Source of the DNA: Candidatus Wukongarchaeum yapensis | Lineage (GTDB): Archaea > Asgardarchaeota > Wukongarchaeia > Wukongarchaeales > Wukongarchaeaceae | Length of the DNA: 26,044 bases | Assembly (NCBI GenBank): GCA_016840425.1 | Contig: JAEOSI010000004.1 | Location: 1 to 26,044, forward strand | Direction of reading: 5' to 3' | Shown: one piece after another, positions 16,294 through 25,000 of the stretch | Layout: the number at the start of each line of letters is the position of its first letter | How positions within the stretch are numbered: position 1 is the stretch's first letter | Notes under the pieces: model-generated | The model's database searches: none | Told to the model about the DNA's origin: nothing | The model's input: the letters and a program-made list of their open reading frames with translations, nothing else | Made by a program: the position numbers and the translations under genes

Positions 16294-17178
16294 TTGCTTG
16301 AACTTATCTTTCTTGGCACCGGCGGTGGCAGGATCGTTATGACCACACAGATGCGGTGGACTGGGGGTATAGTATTAAGGGGAAATGATACCCAGATACA
16401 CGTAGATCCTGGCCCGGGGGCTTTAGTAAGAGCTTTAGATTTGGGAATAAACCCTCAAAAAACAGATGCAATAATCGTGAGTCATGCCCACTTGGACCAT
16501 TATGGTGACTGCCAGATCCTTATAGAGGCTATGGCGAGAGCAGCTACCAAAAAGAGAGGAGTTCTTTTAGGAAGTAGTAGCGCTCTTGTTGGCGATGAAC
16601 AGTATTCTCGCATAATTTCTAACTATCACTTAGGGCTGCTTGAGGAAAAGCAGGTTTTAACTCCTGGTTCTTCATTTTCTATAAAAGGGATTAAAATCAC
16701 TGCTACACCAGCATATCATTCGGATCCTTCGACTGTTGGTTTGGTTATAGAAGAGAAAGAAAATGGCGCGAGGATAGGATATACAAGCGATACTGCGTAT
16801 AACCAGTCACTGCCATTGTTTTATAAGGATTGTGAGCTTTTTATTTTGTGTTGTTTAAGACCGTTTGGAAAACCTTGGAAGGGCCATTTATCAACTGATG
16901 AAGTGATACCGCTAGTAGAGGAAGTTAAACCAAGTTTAACCGTTTTAACCCATTTTGGCGCCGCTTTCTTAAAAGCAAACCCCGAAAAACAGGCTAAAAT
17001 AGTTGAAAAGAAGACGGGAATAAAGACAATAGCAGCGACCGATGGAATGAGTATAAAACTTGAAGAAAAAGAAATTTTCTTAAAAGAAAAAATTGACACC
17101 AAAGAAAAAAAGGAAATACTTGTAAAGAAAACAGGTGTTATTGCAACTCAATTAACTGATTTCTACTCACCAAAATAG
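16294..17178 (+). CDS. Metallo-beta-lactamase-fold hydrolase (RNase Z/PhnP-like subgroup)
   Basis: FLGTGGGR, HVDPGPG, SHAHLDHYGD (HxHxDH), AYHSD, GYTSDT, HL, THFG. TTG 16294 after GGAGGCGG. Confidence 0.9.
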   Translation: MLELIFLGTGGGRIVMTTQMRWTGGIVLRGNDTQIHVDPGPGALVRALDLGINPQKTDAIIVSHAHLDHYGDCQILIEAMARAATKKRGVLLGSSSALVGDEQYSRIISNYHLGLLEEKQVLTPGSSFSIKGIKITATPAYHSDPSTVGLVIEEKENGARIGYTSDTAYNQSLPLFYKDCELFILCCLRPFGKPWKGHLSTDEVIPLVEEVKPSLTVLTHFGAAFLKANPEKQAKIVEKKTGIKTIAATDGMSIKLEEKEIFLKEKIDTKEKKEILVKKTGVIATQLTDFYSPK

Positions 17179-17190
17179 ATTTGGTGCAAC

Positions 17191-17201
17191 TTTCTTTTTT
17201 T
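17191..17201 (+). terminator. Candidate oligo-T terminator between the convergent MBL hydrolase and valS genes
   Basis: TTTCTTTTTTT starts 13 nt after the MBL stop codon. Confidence 0.45.
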
Positions 17202-17204
17202 ATC

Positions 17205-19634
17205 TTAAAACTCTGCTTTTAACTTTTCTCCTTTTGATATGGCAAGTTTTTCGATTCTTAAAACAGGTTTAATTGTTTCTGAGAGTTTTTTTGTAACTTC
17301 AACCCAATCTTCAGGCACTTTGACCTTCGCTTTCTTGACTGTAGCCCCTAGCGCTATGCTTTTCGCGGCTTTTGCTCTCCTGAGCTCTGCTATAACTTCG
17401 ATCGCTATAGAGCCTTCTGCGGCTTCTTTTTCATCAAACTCTAGATCTTTGGGAGAAGGCCACTCTAAAGCGTGAACAGAAATTTGTCCCTCTTTATCCT
17501 TAAAAAGTTCAAGGTAAACTGCCTCGGTAAGATGGGGGCAAATAGGGGCAAGCATCTTTAAACTGTCTAGAATGACTCTGTAAAGCACGAAGTTGCTGTT
17601 TTCCTTTTCTTCTCCTTCTTTTTTAAGGGCTGGTTTTACTGCTTCTAAATAATGGTCGCAGACTTCGTGCCAGAAAAAGCTTTGCAAAATCTTGAGGGCT
17701 TCATTAAAAGCGTAGCGATCCATGGCTTCAGTAGCTTTTCCAATAACTTCCTTTAACCTAGAAAGAATCCAAGCATCAACAGGCGTTAAAGCCTTAACTT
17801 TCCCCGAAGGCGAAACATCGTTCAGAAAACTGCTTAAAAAGCGTGAAGCAGACCAAAACTTCTGAATAAAAGACTTACCGTGCTTAGTGACATCCCAAAT
17901 GTAAGGAAAGTCTGACCCAACACTCATAGAAAGAAGAGTCTGCCGCATAGCATCCGCGCCATACTTTTGGATACCGTCTGTTGGCATAACCACATTTCCC
18001 TTCGACTTGCTCATCCTTTTACCATCTGGGCCCAAGACATGGCCATTAATAAGCACCTCTAGATAACTTAAAATCCCCGTTAAAATTAAACATCTAAACG
18101 TAGTATAAGAATGCCAAGTACGGATTATGTCGTGTCCTTGCTGTCTCACGGTGGATAAAGCTTCTGGATTAGGTTGGTATTTATGGGCTAAACTGTCATA
18201 GTACCTTGTTATTATAAGGGGGGTTATGCTTGAATCCACCCAGCAATCACAAGTGTCTGTAGTACCCTCTATCTCTTTAGAACCGCATTCAGGACATTTA
18301 TCCACGAGAGGGGTTGTTTTAGTCGTGTCTACGGGCAGTTGGTCTTTTTTTGGCGGTATTAGATTTCCGCAACCCCTACAAGTCCAGAAAGGTATAGGCG
18401 TGCCAAAAACCCTTTGCCTAGAAATTATCCAATCCCATTCGATGCTTTCACACCAATCAATGAGCCTTTGAAGGAAGTATTCGGGGATCCACTTCATTTT
18501 TTTACTTGCCTGTATTATATCTTCTGCATAATCTTTCATTTTGATGAAAAATTGTTCCGTTTCAAGAAACTCTATAGGCCGCATGCAATCTGCCCGATCT
18601 GTGTGGCAGAGAACACTGTGGGCTATTCGTTCTTGTTTTTCCAAAAGTCCTGCTTCTTCTAGGTCTTCTAATATTGCTTTTCTTGCTTCTTTGATAGTTA
18701 ATCCGTCATATTTTCCAGCGTTTTGCATTTTCCCATCTTCTGTGATGCAGATTTTTACGGGTAGTTTGTGTCGTAGTCTCCACTTTATGTCCTGTTCGTC
18801 TCCGAAGGTGCAGCACATAACTATTCCTGTTCCAAATTCTGGGTCAACTTGTCTATCTGTAAGTATGGGTATTACATCGCCGAAAAGGGGGATTTTGGCT
18901 TTTTTCCCTTCGAAGTGTTGAAATCTGGGATCAGCTGGGTGATAAAATATTCCTTGACACGCAGGGATGAGCTCTGGGCGTGTTGTGGCGATAACTATGA
19001 ATTCTCCGTCCTTCCCTACTAGAGGAAATTTTACGTAGTTAAGAAATCCCGCCCGTTCAATATGGCCGATTTCTGCTTGTGAAATGGAAGTTTCACAATA
19101 CCAACACCAATAGTTAGGGAAGGTACCTCGATAAATCATGCCTTTTTCATACATCTCAATCAAACTTAGCTGGACATAGCGCCAATAAGATTCGTCCATG
19201 GTTCTGTATTCAAACTGTTCCCAATCAGGCTTATAACCAATCCTTGTCATGATTTCTTTCATCGACTTAATCATTTTTGCAGTGTACTCTTTACAGCTCT
19301 CACGGAATCTTTCACGATCTCCTTTCGGGATTCCGAGCCGATATTGGACTTTAAGTTCAGTAGGCAAGCCTTGTGTATCCCACCCTTGAGGTAATAAAAC
19401 GTTAAAGCCTTGCATTCTTTTATATCTCGCCAAGGTATCGTTCAATATACACCAGTATGCGTGTCCCATGTGGAGTTCTCCACTTGTGAAAGGAGGTGGC
19501 GTATCTATTGAGAATCTTGGTCTTTCTTGGTCTTCTGAGTCGTATTTATAAACAGCTTCGTAGACTTCTGGTTTTTGCCAGTATTTTTGCATTTCTACCT
19601 CGATTTCCGCTTTCCATCGTTTTGGAAGCACCAT
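17205..19634 (-). CDS. valS: Valine--tRNA ligase
   Basis: FSIDTPPPF.SG.LHMGH (HIGH), GWDTQGLPTE, editing domain ATTRPEL and GTGIVMCCTFGD, DW.ISRQR.FGTPIP, QG.DIIRTW, RMSKSKGN (KMSKS). Confidence 0.97.
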   Translation of the reverse strand: MVLPKRWKAEIEVEMQKYWQKPEVYEAVYKYDSEDQERPRFSIDTPPPFTSGELHMGHAYWCILNDTLARYKRMQGFNVLLPQGWDTQGLPTELKVQYRLGIPKGDRERFRESCKEYTAKMIKSMKEIMTRIGYKPDWEQFEYRTMDESYWRYVQLSLIEMYEKGMIYRGTFPNYWCWYCETSISQAEIGHIERAGFLNYVKFPLVGKDGEFIVIATTRPELIPACQGIFYHPADPRFQHFEGKKAKIPLFGDVIPILTDRQVDPEFGTGIVMCCTFGDEQDIKWRLRHKLPVKICITEDGKMQNAGKYDGLTIKEARKAILEDLEEAGLLEKQERIAHSVLCHTDRADCMRPIEFLETEQFFIKMKDYAEDIIQASKKMKWIPEYFLQRLIDWCESIEWDWIISRQRVFGTPIPFWTCRGCGNLIPPKKDQLPVDTTKTTPLVDKCPECGSKEIEGTTDTCDCWVDSSITPLIITRYYDSLAHKYQPNPEALSTVRQQGHDIIRTWHSYTTFRCLILTGILSYLEVLINGHVLGPDGKRMSKSKGNVVMPTDGIQKYGADAMRQTLLSMSVGSDFPYIWDVTKHGKSFIQKFWSASRFLSSFLNDVSPSGKVKALTPVDAWILSRLKEVIGKATEAMDRYAFNEALKILQSFFWHEVCDHYLEAVKPALKKEGEEKENSNFVLYRVILDSLKMLAPICPHLTEAVYLELFKDKEGQISVHALEWPSPKDLEFDEKEAAEGSIAIEVIAELRRAKAAKSIALGATVKKAKVKVPEDWVEVTKKLSETIKPVLRIEKLAISKGEKLKAEF

Positions 19635-19788
19635 TATAATACCCTCTTAACTCTCAAAAATTACTAGATAACAAAAATTCTTACTTATGCTTTTATTTTA
19701 CAGTTTCGCATGATTAAAGCTCAACTCATTGCTTTGTGAATAAAAACAAAAGCTGTTTATGAGTGTTACCTTTTTACGTTGTATTGCA

Positions 19789-19812
19789 CATTTCATTTAA
19801 TTAAATGAAATG
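19789..19812. repeat. Perfect 24-bp palindrome
   Basis: CATTTCATTTAA-TTAAATGAAATG with no spacer. Confidence 0.9.
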
Positions 19813-19910
19813 ATATTGGTTCGTGCTCATAAACGTTGAAAAATATTTTGAGTAATTTTTTTAACATACCCCTTTTAACATCTTTTCAAAATTTAAATAG
19901 GTTGATATTT

Positions 19911-19917
19911 AAAAAAA
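19911..19917 (-). terminator. Candidate T7 terminator of the ABC operon
   Basis: A7 on the plus strand (T7 on the coding strand), about 30 nt after the permease stop. Confidence 0.35.
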
Positions 19918-19947
19918 GGGGAAAATTCTTTATTTTTTTAAAGTTTC

Positions 19948-20967
19948 TTACACTATGTCTTGTTTTTGCAGTCTCTTGATGCCAAAAAAGATTAAGGCTA
20001 AAGCTACAACTATCCAAAGGATTGCTGAAAGGTATAACGGATAGTAGCCTGCTAATTCAGGGGTTTTGAAGAGCTGCTGATCATCGTCGAAGGCAGTGAA
20101 GACATCTTCTGTTTTATAAGTGCCACCTATAACTCCTAGTATTATGGCTATTTGTGGAGATATTTTGATACCTAGAGCTTTGAGTAACATGATGTAAAAG
20201 TTGGCTAAGTGGTACCCGATGTCTATGTGGTATATTTGGTAGTCTTCGTAGTAGACGCCTATCAGCGCACGTATTAGGAAGAAGCCGAAATAGGTTGCCA
20301 TAGTTAGGGCTGCCATGATCATCACTATTTTTCCTGTGCTCTTGGTCATAGAAGATAGGGCTGCGGCTATTGATCCGAACATGAGGGACACGATTATGGA
20401 ATAGAGGATTACTGCGTTTATTATGGGGAGCATTGATGTGAAAACGGATATGTTGTTTGTGGTGATTAATACGAGGAACCACGCGGATACGTAAACGGAG
20501 ATTGTTTGAATTATTAAGATGTTTATGAAGAATCCTAAGAATTTACCGATTAGGATTTCCCATCTTCTTATAGGTTTGCTTATAAGTATGAGGATAGTGC
20601 CTTCTGTTTGTTCTTTTGCGATGAATCCTGCGCCTATGGATGAAGCGTAAAGGGCTAGGGGGATGCCGGCGATCCAGATGAAGGAAATGATGACGAAGTA
20701 GGTTGTTATTGCTCCTGTTTGGGCGCTTACTGATCGGCTGCTAAAATCGTCAGGCAATGTTTGCGTTAGGGCTAGGCCTAGGATTAGGGGTACTATTAGT
20801 TCGGCTATCAGAATGCCTAAAGTCTTTTTTGTTGTTGTTAGGTCTTTGAAGGTTTTTTTCGCAATTATTAGCATTTTAAACCGTTGTTGGAGCCTGTACC
20901 AGGCTTTGTCTATTTTTTGCCGAATGTTTTGCCAGATTTCGCTTATTCTTTGAACTCCGGTCGACAT
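19948..20967 (-). CDS. ABC-2-type transporter permease
   Basis: About 6-7 hydrophobic segments; IAKEQTEGTILILISKPIRRWEILIGKFLG is typical of ABC-2 permeases; ATG 20967 lies 11 nt after the ATPase stop. Confidence 0.9.
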   Translation of the reverse strand: MSTGVQRISEIWQNIRQKIDKAWYRLQQRFKMLIIAKKTFKDLTTTKKTLGILIAELIVPLILGLALTQTLPDDFSSRSVSAQTGAITTYFVIISFIWIAGIPLALYASSIGAGFIAKEQTEGTILILISKPIRRWEILIGKFLGFFINILIIQTISVYVSAWFLVLITTNNISVFTSMLPIINAVILYSIIVSLMFGSIAAALSSMTKSTGKIVMIMAALTMATYFGFFLIRALIGVYYEDYQIYHIDIGYHLANFYIMLLKALGIKISPQIAIILGVIGGTYKTEDVFTAFDDDQQLFKTPELAGYYPLYLSAILWIVVALALIFFGIKRLQKQDIV

Positions 20968-20977
20968 AATGTTTCCC

Positions 20978-22093
20978 TCATTCAGATTCAATATATTCCC
21001 AAGTAATTTCTTCCGCCTCTTCTCCCTCTTCTCCTTCCTTTTCCGTCACCATTTTGAAGGAACCAAGACCCGTTACGCGCATGAAAATATCTTCAAGGGA
21101 TACCGTAACTCTGTGAAATGCGTCAAGTGTCACCTTGGTTTTTTTGAGGATTGTGGGTATTTGTCTTTTAAGCTCTGCTTCATCCTTTGCTTTGATTTTT
21201 ATATCGCCGTTTTCATCAATCCATACAGTTTCAACGTAGTCTGTTGTTTGGAGAAGGTCTACTACTTTCGCGTTTTGGGAGGTGCGCATCACATATTGGT
21301 TACCTGCGTAAAGTTCTTTTACAGCGTCCATTGTATCGCTTATAACGATTTTTCCTTTGTTGATGATGGTCACATATTCTGCAACTTTTTCGATTTCTCC
21401 TAAGATATGGCTGCTTATTAAGGTGGTCATGCCCTTTTTCCTTGCGAGATATTTGATTTGATCGAGTATTTTTGCTCTTCCTACGGGGTCAAGGTTTGCT
21501 GTTGGTTCGTCAAGGATTAAAAGTTTTGGTTCGTGAATTAAGGCTTGTGCTAAGGCCATTTTTTGCCGCATTCCTGCGGAAAAATCTACGATGTTTCTGT
21601 ATGCTGCTTGTTCTAGTTCAAGCGTTTCTAAGATTTCAAAAGCTTTTTCTTCTGCTTCGTGGCAGGTTAACCCTCCAAGTTCTCCGAGAAATATTAGGTA
21701 GTTTATTGGGGTCATGTGATCGTAAAATCTTGGATGTTCCGGGCTATATCCTATCAGCTTTCTTGCCGCAACGGTCCCGATTTTGTGGCCCATTATTGTG
21801 GCGTCTCCTCCGGTAGGTTTTATTGCTCCTACCAGCATTTTGATTGTAGTAGTTTTTCCAGCTCCGTTAGGGCCAAGGTATCCCATTATTCCTGGGGGTA
21901 CGTTGAAGGAGATACCGTCTACAGCTTTTACTATTTCTTCTTTTTGCCCAAAATATTTTGTGAGGTTTTCGATTTCAATCACATATTTTCCTGTATACTC
22001 CTCCTCTTCTCTCTCTCCTTCTTTTTCTTTGGCGGTTGTTTTGGCTTTTTCTTCATTTTTTTGTTGAGCTCTTGCTTGTGGTTTTTTGGACAA
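20978..22093 (-). CDS. ABC-2-type transporter ATP-binding protein
   Basis: Walker A GPNGAGKTT, signature FSAGMRQK, Walker B LLILDEP, H-loop SSHIL, C-terminal SLEDIF; TTG start after AAAGGAG. Confidence 0.96.
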   Translation of the reverse strand: MSKKPQARAQQKNEEKAKTTAKEKEGEREEEEYTGKYVIEIENLTKYFGQKEEIVKAVDGISFNVPPGIMGYLGPNGAGKTTTIKMLVGAIKPTGGDATIMGHKIGTVAARKLIGYSPEHPRFYDHMTPINYLIFLGELGGLTCHEAEEKAFEILETLELEQAAYRNIVDFSAGMRQKMALAQALIHEPKLLILDEPTANLDPVGRAKILDQIKYLARKKGMTTLISSHILGEIEKVAEYVTIINKGKIVISDTMDAVKELYAGNQYVMRTSQNAKVVDLLQTTDYVETVWIDENGDIKIKAKDEAELKRQIPTILKKTKVTLDAFHRVTVSLEDIFMRVTGLGSFKMVTEKEGEEGEEAEEITWEYIESE

Positions 22094-22099
22094 AATTAT

Positions 22100-25000
22100 T
22101 CAACTCCTTTTTTCAAGCTTAGTTTTTCTTTTTTTAAGGAGAAGCTGTTTTTTAACTAAAAGCAGGAGTGAAAAAATCACTATTACGCCTATAGTGATGA
22201 TTAACATAAGTATGCTGCCTGGAGTTTTAATGGAAATAGTGCTTGCTGTGACTCCTCCAAATGGGTCACGTGTTTTAACTTTTACCACGTGTTCCCCGCC
22301 TGAACCGATCTCTACCTCCATGTTTTTCTCGCTAGTGGAACCATGTGAAACGTCGTCAACAAACACTTCCGTTATTAGGGCGCTTGTATCCGCTCCCTCG
22401 CTGTTAAAAGTCCATTCGAGATTAAATTTGGAACCAACGCTTTTGCCATCAGTAGGGGTGGTTATAGTGACTTGGAAAGCACTGTTTAAACAGAACATGC
22501 CTTTTGCAGAAGATAAGAGGATTTCTGGATCAGTATCCCCGTTTACATCTCCAATATTTATCAAGTCGCTTGTTTCTATAGGGAATGATTTTACGACATC
22601 CAAGCTGTTTGTATCCACTATTTCTGTCATTCTTTTCGTGTCTTCTATGTCTGTGTGGTCATCTGTAGTCACAGGTATATAAGGTCTTACGATGGCGATC
22701 TCATCACTACTGGAACCGCTAACATCTCCAATATTTATCACGGAATAAACGGCGGAATATTCGGGCGATCTTTCCCAGCTTGGTTTGAAAAGTTTTTCAA
22801 TAGTTGTTGTGGAGATCTCCTTATCAGTTCCTCCCTCTAGGCTGAAAACTTTTATTTCCGCACCTTGATAATATGATTGAGAAACACCTATAACTAGATC
22901 CTTTATACCATCCCCATCTTTATCGCTAATAACGGTTGCAGGTAGGATTTTTAAATATTGGTCACTGTCCCGGCCTTCATAGCTCCAAGATCTATCAAAC
23001 TGATAAACGGTGATCTCTTCGTTGGAAAATCCATCAATAACAGTAAGGTATGGAGGTATGTCTCCATAATACCATCTATGGTACACTATGCTATCTGGGA
23101 AGCCGTCTCCTGTTAGATCATCAACTACTAGGTCGAAATCAAAACCCCAAAAAGCTTCTTGAGACCATGTAACTTTTGTGACTTGTAATCCTGTATTTGT
23201 ACCAGTAGAAGAGCTTATGAAAACGTAACCTCTATTTGTGGGGGAGTCGGCACGAATAGCCAAATCTTTAATGCCATCTACCCCAAGATCTTGCGTAAAA
23301 AGAATATACATTGAAGGATCTCTCCCCAGCTCTATGTAATAATCTGAACCTAAAACCGTCCATACCAAATTTTGAAGATCTGTTGTCCAGTCTATGGTCG
23401 TGTCATCGGTGAAGTTAGCACTATTGTTTGCCCAAAATGAAGTAGGTGTTAGATCGTTGGCAGCATGGATTTTAGCAGTATATGGCCACCAATCTGACCA
23501 CTCAACCAATAAAAGATCTAAACTACCATCTGAAACCTTATCCAGCGAATAGAGATAAATTCCTCTATTATTTTCACTTGTAAAAGTTTTATTAGAGAGA
23601 AGCAAACCGTTTTCGCCACTAAACAAGTAGATGTAGGAAGTTTCACCACCACCATACCACCATGTACTGCTTCCTGATACTAAGATATCCGCAAAATTAT
23701 CCGCGTTAAGGTCTTCCACAACACAGGAACTTCTAATTTCATCGTTTGAAGAATAAGGGGGGAAGATTACAGGTTCTGACCATACTACCTCGCCCGTAGC
23801 CCCGTTGAAAACGTAAACTGTATCGTTTATAGGGAACCCCCCACCCCGAGGCCATTCTTTGATATAAGCTGTTATGTCAGGGTTTCCATCTCCTGTCACG
23901 TCGGGTGTAGGGGTTACAGACCAGTAGCCCCCTGTTTGCAGGTATAGGTCATGGTTTGTGGTGTTGCTCCATATTACCTGTCCATTTGCTCCATTGATGA
24001 CGAGGATTGTTCGCGTGATGTTCTGCCATTCTTCCCATTCTATTCGGGATTTTGTTGTTACTAGTAGTTCGCTTACATCATCACCGGTAACATCGCCCAT
24101 TAACATGGTTTGCACTTTGTTTTCCTTGATATTGCTCCATATAATAACGTTTGACTGGGGATTTATGAGAAAGGCTCCTGTATCACAAACTAAAAGTGCT
24201 TGTGTATCGTTTATTACGTTTATATAAACAGCTTCATCTTCTCCATACCACCAGCTTGAAGGTCTTGTTTGGAAGCTGATTGTTGTGTTCTCTTCAAGCT
24301 CTGGTTCTCCCCCTACACCTGTTTGTACCTTATATATATTGATTTGTTCATAGTCTCCTTGACCACCATAAGGCCATAAAAGAAGCTTTTCACCTATAGT
24401 GTTTGTGAAAGAGCCAAGATTTACGCCATCACCTATCTCTCTTATTTCTCCTGAAGCAATGGTTTGACCGTTAGAGCTTAAAATTGCTGCTTTATTGTTT
24501 CTTGCAAGGAAAGAGCGGGCAGCAATATCGTTTAAACCGTCATCATCAAAGTCACTTTGCAAGGGGAAAACAAGAAGCCTTGGTTCATAACCTTCTGTTT
24601 CTTCAGTAGCTTCTGGAGAGGGTATAATAGAAACATCGGTTATTAGGTTTCCATTCTCTTCAAGGAAATACACGTAACCGTCATCTGCTGCTGCTACTAT
24701 AACGGGGTCTGTTTGCCCTCCTCCCCTGTAAACTACTTCTACGTTCCAAAATGACGCTGTTTCGTTAATGATCTCATCTCCGCTTATCTTTTCGGTTTTA
24801 CGGGCCTCAAAACTCCACTTGGTTTCTCCTGTTGAAAGGTCGATGGAGTAGAGATAACCGTCTTGTGATGTTACAACTAAAGCGTTATCTCCTAGAGCTT
24901 TTATGCTCCAACAGTCATCTTCTGCCTCCTCCCACATCCATTTTTCCTCTCCTGTCGCTCCATCAAGGAGGTAAACCATATACCACGAAGCTATGACAAC

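Noticed and set aside
19641-19651. ACCCTCTTAAC shared upstream of valS (19641-19651) and the propeller gene (25595-25605)
   Set aside because: On the coding strand it reads GTTAAGAGGGT just before each start codon, so it is best explained as ordinary Shine-Dalgarno context.
19635-19947. tRNA, CRISPR array, T-box-like leader or IS in the larger intergenic regions (also 25586-26044)
   Set aside because: No cloverleaf, no regularly spaced repeats, no GC-rich stems and no transposase or terminal inverted repeats were visible.
22100-22220. Calling the propeller protein a true integrin alpha orthologue
   Set aside because: There is no GFFKR tail motif, it has about twice the repeats and only one Ig-like domain, and no vWA-type beta partner is in the window. 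Only architectural resemblance is supported.
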